NCBI GenBank assembly: GCA_951406725.2
Contig: OX597814.1
Span: 185,752,001-185,816,000, forward strand
DNA from: Octopus vulgaris
Taxonomy: Eukaryota
Direction of reading: 5' to 3'
Length of the DNA: 64,000 nucleotides
A program made the position numbers and the translations under genes. Each line of letters begins with the position of its first letter. Position 1 is the first letter of the stretch. Shown one piece after another: positions 24,223 through 37,490 of this stretch. The notes under the pieces were generated by a model. It was not told where the DNA came from. It did not search any database and was given only the letters and a program-made list of their open reading frames with translations.

Positions 24223-24872
24223 GGTGTGAGAGGAAAGTTAAGTCATAGTTAGTTTAGATGTGATACAAAATAGAGAGTGAGGTGGAAGAAAGAAAATAGA
24301 GGCAAGATATGTATGGATATTGAAGTTGTAAATCCATTTTATAGGCATAATGGTATATATGCAATATTTCAATATCCTATAAGTAAAGTCCAAAGGTCCA
24401 ACAGAGTTTAAAATGAGTTCTTCCAAATATAGAGTTTATAAGCAATGTAAGATTCCCTTATGAGTGAGAGCCAGCAGATTTTTAAACTTGGTTATTCTCA
24501 GTAGAGAATTTATATACAGTGTTGCAGAGTCAAAGGTTTGTATTTAAAGTGCACTTTAAATTTCAGATACACCATCTATATATATACATACATACATATA
24601 TATAATACTGGGATTTACTTGCATAGCAAGTGACCTAATCTGAGATCGTGTGCTGGAACGAAAACAATTGAAAGGTGTTTATAAACCATTTAAGAAACAC
24701 ACAAAAACTGTTAGATTCACTTCAACATTTAAATTTAATTTGCCAAAATATTTTCATCACTTCGAAACCACGACCTGTTCACTGACAAAATTCCATGCTG
24801 ATATATATATATATATATATATATCAGCACAGAATTTTGTGTGTTTCTTAAATACATATATATATATATATA

Positions 24873-25325
24873 TCGAAATTGAACCAAATTCGATGACTGG
24901 CACCCATGCCAGTGGAGCTCTAACAGCTCCATCCAAGCGGGATCACTGCCAGAGCAGCTGTCTGGCATGTAAAGAGCACCATTTATGTGTGATCGTTGTC
25001 AGCATTGCCTCACTGGCACGTGAACAAAACATTCGAGTGAGGTCGTTGCCAGTGCTGCTGGACTGACTCCTGTGCAGGAGGCACGTGAAAAACACCATTT
25101 TTGAGCGTGGTCATTGCCAGTACTGCCAGACTGGCCCTCGTGCCAGTGGCACTTTAAAAACACCCACTACACTCTTAGAGTTGTTGGCATTAGGAAGGGC
25201 ATCCAGCTGTTGAAATTCTGCCAGATCAGATTGGAGCCTGGCACAATCATCTGGTTCGCGAGTCCTCAGTCAAATCATCCAACCCATGCTAGCATTGAAA
25301 GCAAATGTTAAACGATGATGATGAT
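24873..25325 (+). mobile_element. RTE 3' UTR with internal tandem units
   Basis: Ends ccaacccatgctagcattgaaagcaaatgttaaacgatgatgatg. Confidence 0.8.
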
Positions 25326-25541
25326 ATATATTATAAATAAAGGTATCTAAGAAATACCACAATGCTTGAAATAGCAGTCAAATCCTGACTCTAAAACCAC
25401 ATCAAGTATTCAATACAGCACAAGGTGAAAGGACAAACAGATAAATAAAACCAGTGCAATCTGGATAATTTCAGACCCTGGATTTCTGGCTCTGTATAAA
25501 ACCATATGTCATTGTCAATGAGATGTACCATTAACTGTACA

Positions 25542-25592
<51 letters not shown>

Positions 25593-25716
25593 CATGCAAA
25601 GCCTTTGTACTTTTGAATTCGTTGGTACTAGCGGTCGAAGATGGTTTGTCTGGGATTACTCATATTGGACGGGTATGTTTGATTTTTAGTGCTCGCAAAT
25701 CCAAATCTAAAGAAAT

Positions 25717-25779
25717 CTTGAGCTGATGAAGGAAATGTTGATCTTTATATTCAACTAATCTAGAAACGGTGTTCTCAAG
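25717..25779 (+). ncRNA. Hammerhead ribozyme with 6-bp stem I
   Basis: CTTGAG CTGATGA AGGAAATGTTGA..TCAACTAATCTA GAAAC GGT GTT CTCAAG; (TA)n about 63 nt downstream. Confidence 0.75.
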
Positions 25780-25841
25780 TAATCGATGTACGTGTGATCT
25801 TTCGTTATTTTTCCCTCTATACCTGTGTGAATTATTTTTGA

Positions 25842-25896
<55 letters not shown>

Positions 25897-26083
25897 AACA
25901 TACAAATACTACTCATATATACAGCAACCAGCTCAGTTGTTTTAGAGTCAGGTTTTGACTGCTATTTCAAGCATGGTAGTATCTCTTAGATACCCTTATT
26001 TATAATTTTAATACCTATAAGGATTTTCTTCCCATACTGCCACATGATTTGATTGCTATTTAAAACAATTTTATTCTTATTCA

Positions 26084-26119
<36 letters not shown>

Positions 26120-26164
26120 AACAGTCACATGTGCATATAGGCACTCAATATTATGTGTATATTT

Positions 26165-26632
26165 TTTCTTTTATTCCTTTATTCATTTATTTGATTGTCA
26201 TTTGACTGCAGCCATGCTGGAGCACCACCTTTAGTCGAACAAATAGACCCCCAGGACTTATTCTTTGTAAGCCTAGTACTTATTCTATCGGTCTCTTTTG
26301 CCAAACTGCTAAGTTGCGGGGACATAAATAAAGACACCAACATTGGTTGTCAAGCAATGTTGTTGGGACAAACACAAACTCACAAACATATACACACATA
26401 TACATATATATATATATACATATATATGACAGGCTTCTTTCAGTTTCCATCTACCAAATCCACTCACAAGGTTTTGGTTGGCCCGAAGCTATAGTAGAAG
26501 ACACTTGCCCAAGGTGCCATGCAGTGGGACGGAACCTGGAACCATGTGGACGGAACCTGGAACCATGTGGACGGAACCTGGAACCATGTGGTTGGTAAGC
26601 AAGCTACTTACCACACAGCCACTCCTGCACCT
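26165..26632 (-). mobile_element. SINE family A with a 21-bp tandem triplication in the head
   Basis: GGACGGAACCTGGAACCATGT x3 at about 26527-26590. Confidence 0.85.
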
Positions 26633-27242
26633 ATATATATACATATTTTCTCACATACAAACACATATACAGACAGCATACAAATGTAGATACGCATATT
26701 CTCAATGCCTAATAATAATGGTTCAATGCATTAAAGCATCTGATGTAATCTGTGATGCCGGGTCAGATCAGAAGATGACCTTCTTGGACAAGGAATCACA
26801 CAAACACATGTACACATACACAAACACACGTGCGCACACACACACACATACATACATGCATGCGGAACACAGAAGCCAGTAGAAGTTGGCAGATCAAAGC
26901 TAATGAGCCACGACTGGCTATTGTCAAATGAAAACTGAAGTTTTAAATTCCCACTGTTGTCCTTAGCCTGGCAGACATGTTGACAAAATAACACTAATTG
27001 TAAATCATTGGTAACTAACCCCGACCCACTACCAACCTCCCTCTATCTTCGCCTCACCCCATCCCCTGCCCCAAACAGGGTAGATAGACCCCCCCCCCCG
27101 AGTAGTGAAGTGGGAGAAGGGGAGTCTACCCACCTCTCTCTCTTTCTCTCTCTTACTCTTTCCATCTTTCTCTCTCTCTCTTTCTCTTTTTCTCATTTTC
27201 ACATTTTCACATTTTCCTGTCTGTCTCTTTCTCTTTGAATTC

Positions 27243-27280
<38 letters not shown>

Positions 27281-27664
27281 TATGTGAGTATGTGTATGTG
27301 TTTATTGTGTGTTTCTTTTTCTTTGTTACTCTTTCTCATTCTTTCACTCTCCCTTTCTCCCTCTTTCACTTCTTTCTCTTATTTCACCTTTCTCTCTTTC
27401 TTTCTCTCCACCTCCTCCACCCCTCGCCCTTCTCTTTTGCTACCTTCAAACATCCCTTCTGTCTGTCTGTCTCTCGCTTTTTCTCTTTCTCTCTCTCCCT
27501 CTCTTCATCCCTTTTGCTGCCTTTAAACATCCTTTTCTCTTTTTCTTTATCCCTATCACTCTCACTAACTCTCACATACACAAGCACGCATGCACACGTG
27601 CACACACACACAAACACATACACACACAAGCACACACACGGACACACACAATCATACACACACA

Positions 27665-27699
<35 letters not shown>

Positions 27700-28947
27700 G
27701 CACATATGCGTGCATACACATTGCACACACTAACACCGGAACACACCGTCCCCGCCTCCCTGCCTCCCTCCTCATTCCTTGACTTTCACCCATCACCGAC
27801 CGCCTCCAACCAACCGGCACTTCCCTCCACCAGAAACATACATACATCTGGTTATCGTTAAGTGAATAAACAACAACAACAACAAGCACGACTAAGACAA
27901 AAGACCCTGTCCCCCCACCTCCGTTATAAACTACCACAATAACAAGAACAAGAATAACAGAATAAACAAATAAAAAAAATTGTGCAGGATTAGAACAGGG
28001 TGGAGATAGAGAAGTCAGAGACAAAGAGATGAAAGGAGAGAGAGAAGGGGAGAGAGGGGGAGAGAGAGCAAGCACACACATGCAGTAGAGTCCCTAGATA
28101 TGTTTCCCTAACGCAAGCAGTCCCTTGGTAGGTTTCCTAACATAAGATTTGCTTTTTTTTTTGTTGTTGTTGTTGTTCCTCCAACACCACTGGCAGCATT
28201 GGCATTGCTGCTACTGCTGCTGCTGCTGCTACTGCTCCTGCTGCTACTGTTGCTGCTACCATAGTCATTCGACCATTCCACCACCCAACACCAACACCAA
28301 ACTCATCCTCTGATGGCCTACCAAGCTGATTGATTCGTCCTGTGGTTGTTGTTGATGATGATGATGATGACAATGAAAAAAAAGAGATGATTTCAATGAC
28401 ATTGATGGTAGTGGGAGAGGGTGGAGCTACAAACGACAAAGATGAAGAGAACAATGATGATGATGATGATGATGATGGTGATAATGATGTCAATAAGTTG
28501 TGGCTTGCTAGAGTGTACGCCACCCCTGAGGCAGCCCTTGTATTTTTTGCCACCCACCTCTGGGCCCCTAAGCCTATACAGGCTTATACAGCAGACTCAA
28601 AAGTGCTATCCTACCCCTTAAAGGCATTACTTGGAGCAGACCGTCCATCCTGCTGACACACCTTCCCATCTACATTACTGCTGTTAAGTATCTTAGATGC
28701 AGACCACATTCTGAATGGAATATGCAATACTCTCCTAGATCCTTGAGGCACAGCATGCATGGCCAAGATTTCCAAACCATTATTTCAAATTTTAAGCTGA
28801 AGAGAATCAAAGACATTCTGTTGTCGCTTCAACAGTATGGATCTTCTTCTACTGGTGCTTCTGTCAGGCCAGTAACAATTCTTAGATAGCTGCAGTAACA
28901 ACATGAACAACTAAAGAGTAGCTACAAAGCTACAATTCTTTCTACCA

Positions 28948-29090
28948 GGCGCAGGAGTGGCTGTATGGTAAGTACTGACCACATGGTTCCGGGTTCAGTT
29001 CCACTGCATGGCACCTTGGGCAAGTGTCTTCTACTATAGCCTTGGGATTGTGAGTGGATTTGGTAGATGGAAACTGAAAGAAGCCCATCG
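28948..29090 (+). mobile_element. SINE family A head half
   Basis: ggcgcaggagtggctgtatggtaag..gaagcccatcg then (TA)n. Confidence 0.8.
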
Positions 29091-29100
29091 TATATATGTA

Positions 29101-29168
<68 letters not shown>

Positions 29169-29187
29169 CACATATACATACATACAT

Positions 29188-29225
<38 letters not shown>

Positions 29226-29230
29226 GTAAA

Positions 29231-29280
<50 letters not shown>

Positions 29281-29490
29281 TATACAATAAGAGGTTAAAT
29301 TAGCCTCATTAAGGGATGATATCATCCAATGAATTACTGGTTCAATACCTAATATTTGTTGTGAATAATAATATTCATAAAACAATAGGTTTATATATAA
29401 ACCATAATTTATAAACATTCAAAAGAAAGTAAGAAAATGGAGATATAGCATTTAATAAAAATCTTATTATCTGCAAAAATCAAACATAGT

Positions 29491-29574
29491 CTCTTACAGC
29501 TGTTTCAATTAAGCCTAAACAGATTAAATAGCAATTATTAAAATCATTATATTAGGCAAAATTTCTTCAGAAGT
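29491..29574 (-). ncRNA. Hammerhead ribozyme, intact core, weak stem I
   Basis: Minus strand: ACTT CTGAAGA AATT TT GCCTAA..TTAGGC TT AATT GAAAC AGCT GTA AGAG. Confidence 0.75.
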
Positions 29575-30770
29575 GGACAACTGCAATGAGAATAACTCCT
29601 GTTGGGATAACCACAGCAGTAGCAACTGTTGGATAACTTCAGCACAATATCATCAAAGTAGGTGGTGGGGGGGTAACTACAATAACAAGAACAACTTCTG
29701 TTGGGGTAGACAGATGAGACAAGAAACAATTGTTGGATACATGCAGTAATGACATCAACAACAAGTCGGCCACTGCAATAACTGCAACAAAGCACTTCTT
29801 TTGGAGTAGCTAGAACAATAAATTCTGATGAGAAGCCATGCAACAATTTCTGCTGGGACTATTTCAACTATAAGAATGATGACAATGATGATAATGGTGA
29901 TGACAATGACAATGGTGAAAATAACAATTAGGATGACAACATCATTAACAATCAATATCAACGACCATGATGACAACAGTGGTGGTGGTGGTGGTGGTGG
30001 TGGAGGTGGTGATAGTGGTGGTGGTAGTAGTAATGACGGAGGTGGTTATGACGATAATAATGATGATGAGGAGGAGAATGTTGACGACAATGATGCTGGT
30101 GTTGGTGGTGGTGATGATGATGATGATGCTGTCGACAATGGTGACATGGTGGTGGTGGTGTTAGTGATGATCCTGTAGAGTCCAATGAATGGCCCTTATG
30201 TTTGATCTTCTCTCTCTTTCCCTTCTCTCTCTCTTTCCCTCTCTCTCTCTCTTTCCCTCTCTCTCTCTCTTTCCCTCTCTCTCTATTTCCCTCTCTCTCT
30301 ATTTCCCTCTTTCTCTCTCCTTAACTCAAAATAATTGTATACACTTTCCAAAAGGATATTAAGTAACATCTGTCTTATATAGCCATCAGACCATAAACAT
30401 ACATAACTGGGGCATGTAGGGTAAGGGCCGAGGTGGTGAGGGGGGAGTAGAAAGAGAGGGGGGAAAGGCAGGGTGGATGGGGAGACAGGCGATGAATATG
30501 AATGTAATGTAGGCAGGTGGGCGTTGGGGGTTGGACAAGGGAGGTGGGAAAGGACTTAATCTGACAGGACAGGAAAATACAAAAAAAGGGGGGCCAGCTA
30601 TTCAATATTCCATTTCAAATTCATATATCATATATATATATATACATATATATATATATCGAGAGAGAGTGAGAGAGAGAGAGAGAGAGAGAGATAGACA
30701 GACAGCATATAGATGAACCAAATATTTTTGTATATGTGTATATGAATATATCCATATGTGCATGTAATAT

Positions 30771-30804
<34 letters not shown>

Positions 30805-30828
30805 ATATATATACATATATATATATAT

Positions 30829-31231
30829 CAGCGCCGCCCCGACTGGCCTCTGTGCCGGTGGCACGTAAAAAGCACCACCCGACCGTGTCCATTGCCAGCG
30901 CCGCCCCGACTGGCCTCCGTGCCGGTGGCACATAAAAAGCACCATCCGATCCTGGCCGTTGCCAGCCTCACCTGGCCTCCGTGCCGGTGGCACGTAAAAA
31001 GCACCATCCGTCCGTGGCCGTTTGCCAGCCCCGTCTGGCACCTGTGCGTGTGGCACGTAAAAAGCACCCACTACACTAACGGAGTGGTTGGCGTTAGGAA
31101 GGGCATCCAGCCGTAGAAACACTGCCAGAACAGACTGGGCCTGGTGCAGCCTTCTGGCTTCCCAGACCCCAGTTGAACCGTCCAATCCATGCTAGCATGG
31201 AAAACGGACGCTAAATGATGATGATGATGAT
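30829..31231 (+). mobile_element. Young RTE 3' UTR with about 4 tandem GC-rich units of roughly 65 bp
   Basis: gccagcgccgccccgactggcctccgtgccggtggcacgtaaaaagcacca repeated; CpGs retained; (ATG)n tail. Confidence 0.85.
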
Positions 31232-32522
31232 ATATATATACTCTTTTATATTCTTTTATTTGTTTCAGTCAGTTGACTGTGGCCATGCTGGAACAGCACT
31301 ACCTTTAGTTGAATAAATCGACCCCATATATATATATGTATATATATATATCATCATCATCATCATCATCGTTTAACGTCCGTTCTCCATGCTAGCATGG
31401 GTTGGACGATTTGACCGGGGATCTGGGAAGCCAGAAGGCTGCACCAGGCTCCAGTCTTATCTGGCAACGATGGGCTTCTTTCAGTTTCCATGTACCAAAT
31501 CCACTCACAAGATTTTGGTTAGCCTGAGGCTATAGTAGAAGACACTTGCCCAGTGCAATAAATTGGTTATGCTTCTACAATAGACAACATTTTAACAGTT
31601 TTTTTTAAATACAATTCTTAAGAATATGTAATTATAAGAATACATTATTTTTTTTTAACATGGAACTGCTTTGTGGGGTTCAGTTGAGTAAAATAAAAAT
31701 CAAAGGAGTCTGTAGGAAAAAAAAATGGTTATTAACCATTGCATTAGACAATGTGATTCAGGATTACTAGCATATTGGTAAAAGAAGGGAGAATTATGGC
31801 TGGAATACTTTTGATCTTAGATCTACTTGCTCAAGCCTGGCCTGGAGGCTAACAACAGCAACAACTAACCAGATTGATATTAACAGATTTACCTGCTATT
31901 TCTTTCAGGTTGGGCAACCATAAAGATGTTTTTTCAGTAACTCATTAAACCAGTTCCTTTTTTTTTTTTCTACTTTTTGAGAACTTAGGAATTGAAGGGT
32001 AGTGTACAAGTCCCTTATTTGTGAAGGCATCAGTGATAGACTGGAAGAAAAGAGTAAGTGATTATCCTCATTCCCCAAGACATGGCCTGAATACTTGCAA
32101 CATTACACTGCTAAGGTGTTGGCATTACTGTAAGGTAAAAAGTTTCTTTACCAGCCACGTGGTTCAGGGTTCAGTTCCACTGTATAGGACCTTGGGCAAG
32201 TGTTTTCAACTATAGCCCTAAGCTAACCAGAGCCAAATCCCCCTCAGATTTTAACCTCATTGTCATATATAAGGATAAGACATATTAGATAATGCAGTCT
32301 TATATATTCTTGAAATAGAGTCAAATAACAGCAACATCTAGTATCAGTGAGTGGTACAGCTAGAGTGTACGCTACCTTGAATATCTTGTGAATTTGATGC
32401 ACTACTCACTCAGCACTAGATATAATAGACTGATCATAGACAAGATGTGATGAAAGATTTTGTGTGGTGTCATGGGTGTCGAGTGAAAACCATCCATACT
32501 TTTATACTTATAAGAAAATGGT

Positions 32523-32922
32523 TACTCTTTTTACTCTTTTACTTGTTTCAGTCATGTGACTGTGGCCATGCTGGAGCACCACCTTTAGTCAAGCAAATCG
32601 ACCCCAGGACTTATTCTTTGTAAGCCTAGTACTTATTCTATCGGCCTCTTTTGCTGAACCGCTAAGTTACGGGGACGTAAACACACCAGCATCAGTTGTC
32701 AAGCGATGTTAGTAGGGACAAACACACATATACATATACATGTAAATATACATATATATGACGGGCTTCTTTCAGTTTCCGTCTACCAAATCCACTCACA
32801 AGGCTTTGGTTGGCCTGGGGCTATAGTAGAAGACACTTGCCCAAGGTGCCATGCAGTAGGACTGAACCCAGAGCCATGTGGTTGGTAAGCAAGCTACTTA
32901 CCACACAGCCACTCCTGTGCCT
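32523..32922 (-). mobile_element. SINE family A, full length
   Basis: Complete head, body and tail. Confidence 0.9.
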
Positions 32923-32934
32923 ATAATGTTTTAA

Positions 32935-33140
32935 TAATAGGCATAAAGCCCGAAATTCTGGGAGAAGTAGCTAGTTGATTAAACCAACCCTAGTGCTCAA
33001 CTGGATCTTATATTATTCAACATCTGAAGGATGAAAAGCAGTCAACCTGGGTGGAATTTTGAACTCAGAACATAAAGCTAGGAGAAAAGCTGCTAAACGT
33101 TGAGTCCAGAATGGTAATGATTCTGTCAGTTCACCACCTA
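32935..33140 (-). mobile_element. SINE family B, degraded
   Basis: aaggatgaaaagcagtcaacctgggtggaattttgaactcagaac. Confidence 0.6.
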
Positions 33141-33697
33141 ATAAAAAGAAATAATGATTTCTAACCTTGACACTGGGTTGCACAAATTTTGGAGTAAAGA
33201 CATAATTGATATAATGAGTTGCAAGTTCTTAAATGGTGCTTTATGCTAATGATTCCAGAAGGATGAAAGGTTGGGTCAACATTAACAAGATCGAAGTTCA
33301 ATATGTAGAAAGCAATTAATAAATACAGCAAGACATTTAGCCTTATATTTTATGCTACCATTCCTGCCAAATGTTAGAGAAAAGCACAGAATGCCTTGTA
33401 GTTTTTTGGGGTTTTATTTTTTTTTTCTGGCTTTCTGTGGTCTGAGTTCAAATTCTGCTGAGATCAACTTTTCCTTTCTTCTTTTAGGGATCAATAAAAT
33501 AAAGTTCTAATCCAGTGTGGTGAACTAGAGAAATTATTAGAGCTTTGCTGCATTTTACCGGTTCTTTACATACTAAGTTCTTAGTTGGTAGAATGCCTTT
33601 GTCTCCTGGTTTAGCACCACAACCTGGTACTTGAGTCGTCTTTGGTGGGGTTTAGTAAATTTTCTTGCAAGCATTCAGGTCATGTCTTGGGGGTATA

Positions 33698-34110
33698 CTC
33701 TTCTTTACTCTTTTACTTGTTTCAATCATTTGACTGTGGCCATGCTTGAGCACCGCCCTTAGTCAAGCAAATCAACCCCAGGACTTATTCTTTGTAAGCC
33801 TAGTACTTATTCTATCAATCCGTTTGCTGAACCGCTAAGTTACGGGGACGTAAACACACCAGCATCGGTTGTCAAACAATGTTGGGGGGACAAACACAGA
33901 CACACAAACATATACACACATACACATATATATATATACATATATACGACAGGCTTCTTTCAGTTTCCGTCTACCAAATCCACTCACAAGGCTTTAGTCA
34001 GCCCAAGGCTATAGTAGAAGACACTTTCCCAAGGTGCCACACAGTGGGACTGAACCTGGAACAATGTGGTTGGTAAGCAAGCTACTTACCACACAACCAA
34101 TCCTGCGCCT
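33698..34110 (-). mobile_element. SINE family A, full length
   Basis: Complete head, body and tail. Confidence 0.9.
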
Positions 34111-34704
34111 ATTGTATACTGCAAACGAATTACACTGCTAAGGTGTTGGCAGTACTGTATGGTAAAAAGTTTGTTTACCCATCACATGGTTCAGGGTTCA
34201 GTTCCACTGCGTAGGACCTTGGGTAAGTGTTTTCAACTATTGCCCTAGGCAGACCAGAGCCTTGTCAGTAGATTTGGCCGATAGAAAGTGAAAGAAGTCC
34301 ATCATATTTATCTGTGTGTGTGTATGTGTGTGTGTGTATGCATGTGTGCATGTGTGCGTGTGTGCATGTGTGCATGCATGTGTGTGTGTGTGTGTGTATT
34401 TTATACATGCGTGTGTACATTTCTGTCTACTTTTCTTGACATCATTTACACTCATTTACAATTATTTCAAGATGTCAAGATAAGGAAACACAAATACACA
34501 CACATACATACATATGCATACACACACATATATATACACCCACACATAGGTTGGGCTTCTTTCCATTTCCATTGAACAAATGCACTGACAAGGCTTTGGT
34601 CGACCTGAGGCTATATTAGAAGATACTTACCTAGCGTGTCATGCAGTGGGACTGAACCTGCATCAATGTAGTTGAGAAATAAACTTCTTGACCACACAAC
34701 CACC

Positions 34705-34800
34705 CCTACACCTGCACCTCTTCCACACCTGCACTTCTGCCACACCTGCACCTCTTCCACACCTGCACCTCTTCTGCACCTGCACCTCTGCCACGCCTGT
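34705..34800. repeat. CACCTGCACCTCTTCCA-type minisatellite
   Basis: About 5-6 units at the head of a degraded SINE. Confidence 0.8.
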
Positions 34801-34949
34801 CCCCCTTGGCAAAATTAGAATATGCAAAAAGTAAAGATGTAAATAATTAATACTAATTAGTGTTTGTGTTTAATTAACAGATCAAATATTCTGAAACTCG
34901 ACCAAAAAATAAAACTAGAGATTACACTTCAGTAGACATTTAAAAAATG

Positions 34950-35355
34950 CTCTCTCTCTTTACTTGTTTCAGTCATTTGACTGTGGCCATGCTGGAGCAT
35001 CGCCTTTAGTCGAGCAAATCGACCCCAGGACTTATTCTTTATAAGGTCAGTACTTATTCTATTGGTCTCTTTTGCCAAACCACTAAGTTATGGGGACATA
35101 AACATACCAGCATCAGTTGTCAAGCGATGTTGGGGGGGACAAACACAGACACACAAACATATACACACACATACATATATATATACATATATACGACAGG
35201 CTTCTTTCAGTTTCCATCTACCAAATCCACTCACAAGACTTTGGTCGGCCCGAGGCTATAGCAGAAGACACTTGCCCAAAGGGCCACAGAGTGGGACTGA
35301 ACCCGGAACCATATGGTTGGAAAGCAAGCTACTTACCACACAGCCACTCCTACGC
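34950..35355 (-). mobile_element. SINE family A, full length
   Basis: Complete head, body and tail. Confidence 0.9.
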
Positions 35356-36449
35356 TTAACACTTTATTCTTTTTATCATCAGCAAATTAAAAGAAATTTA
35401 TTGTTGTTGTATCAAGTCAACCCTTTGCAAACAGAGCTATAATAAAAAACACTCCAGTTATGACCACCACTTGTTTTTAAGAATATCTACAACTGCATTA
35501 CACCACAATACTTGGATAAGCACATAATTTCATGTGAACATTTCTTGCTAAATCTATATATGCAAGGAAATATCTATCAGAATAAAACAGATCAGTGTCC
35601 ATGTATGTACAGAATATTTCACTACCAACTTTATTTTGAATAAAGGCTAAAAGTGCTGCTGAATATAATCTTACTTCGAGCCATTTTAATAATCTTGCTT
35701 TGACTCATGGTTCAAGCAATTTCAATTCACTTACATTACTGATGTCCCTGAAGAAAACAAGGATATCACACCTGTCTTTCCACTTACTGAATAAATTCGA
35801 AGCCTTATGCCTGTGGATGAAATGTATGTTTATAGAACGTCGGACTAAGCTTCCAGCTAGCCAAATATGTGCCTGACTTTTGATTCCAGGTTAAAACCAT
35901 CTCACTTCACTTCTGCTACTAATGCCATTAAGTAAAACATTAGTGGCATAATTATTCCCAGTCCATTATTGAATAAGGCCACATCATGGATAGTATTAAG
36001 TGAACTGAGAGAGTGGCTGGATGATAATAATAATAATAATAAAGGCATCAGTCAAAATGTCGCTGGAGAAGTATCCGCAGTGATTATGGCTGTGTGATGT
36101 GAATGGAGAATGAATGATTTCTAGGTGAAAAGTGTTGTGCGCTGTCAGTGGAAGATATCTGTGAAAGAATACTGCTGAAGAAGACATAGGAAGAAGTAAC
36201 AAGGTCAGATTTCAGGGCAGTGGGTCACAGAGGCAAAAAAAAAAAAAAAAAGAAAATGACAAAAGATTAATACAATTAACAATATGCTATACATCAGACA
36301 CACATCCGAGCAATAGCAGTAGAGAAAAAGGACAAGTTAAAATATTAATGTTAATACATGAAATGTTCAAAGTTCCAGACAGAATTTTGAAAGTATAATG
36401 ATAAAATATAATGATAAAATATAATGATAAAATATAATAAAATATGTGT

Positions 36450-36840
36450 AGGCGTAGGAGTGGCTGTGTAGTAAGTAGCTTGCTAACCAGCCATATGGTT
36501 CCGGGTTCAGTCCCACTGTGTGGCATCTTGGGCAAGTGTCTTATGCTATAGCCCCGGGCCGACCAAAGCCTTGTGAGTGGATTTGGTAGACGGAAACTGA
36601 AAGAAGCCTGTCGTATATATGTATATATATATGTATGTATGTGTGTTTGTGTGTCTGTGTTTGACAACCGATGCTGGTGTGTTTACGTCCCCGTCACTTA
36701 GCGGTTCGGCAAAAAGAGACATTTAGAATAAGTACTGGGCTTACAAAGAATAAGTCCCGAGGTCGATTTGCTCGACTAAAGGCGGTGCATGGCTGCAGTC
36801 AAATGACTGAAACAAGTAAAAGAGAGTAAGAGAGAGAGTA
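36450..36840 (+). mobile_element. SINE family A, full length
   Basis: Complete head, body and tail. Confidence 0.9.
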
Positions 36841-37069
36841 AACTGGACAAAAAAAGAAAAAAAACTTGAGATTACACTTGAGATTACATTGCTAACACTT
36901 TATTATCTTTTTTTTTTGTCATCAGCAAATTATAAGAAATTTATTGTTGTTGTGTTGAGTTAACCCTTTGCAAACAGTGCTATGATAAAAGACACTCCAG
37001 TTATGACCATCACTTCTTTTAATGAATATCTATAACTACATTACATGATTTGTTCACTCATTCTTTGAA

Positions 37070-37490
37070 GGTGCAAAGGTTGCTGTGTGATAAGTAACTA
37101 GCTTACCAACCACATGGTTCCTGGTTGTCCCACTGCGTGGTACCTTGGGCAAGTGTCTTCTACTGTAGCCTCAGGCTGACCAAAGCCTTGTGAGTGGATT
37201 TGGTAGATGGAAACTGAATGAAGCCCGTTGTATATATGTATATGTGTGTATATGTATATATATATGTGTGTGTGTGTGTATGTCTTTGTGTGTCTGTTTG
37301 TCCCCCTTCCATCATCACTCGACAACCAATGCTGGTGTGTTTATGTCCCCGTAACTTAGCAGTTCTTTGGCAAAAAAGACCGATAGAATAAGTACTAGGC
37401 TTACAAAGAATAAGTCCTGGGGTCAATTTGCTCAACTAAAGGCAGTGCTCCAGCATGGCCACATTCAAATGACTGAAACAAGTAAAAGAG
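37070..37490 (+). mobile_element. SINE family A
   Basis: Complete body and tail. Confidence 0.85.

Noticed and set aside
28137-28656. ORFs of 108-138 aa on both strands
   Set aside because: Open mainly because of trinucleotide repeats, with no splice-site support
30829-31075. CRISPR-like regular repeats
   Set aside because: Units are tandem without unique spacers, lie in an RTE UTR, and the context is eukaryotic with no cas genes
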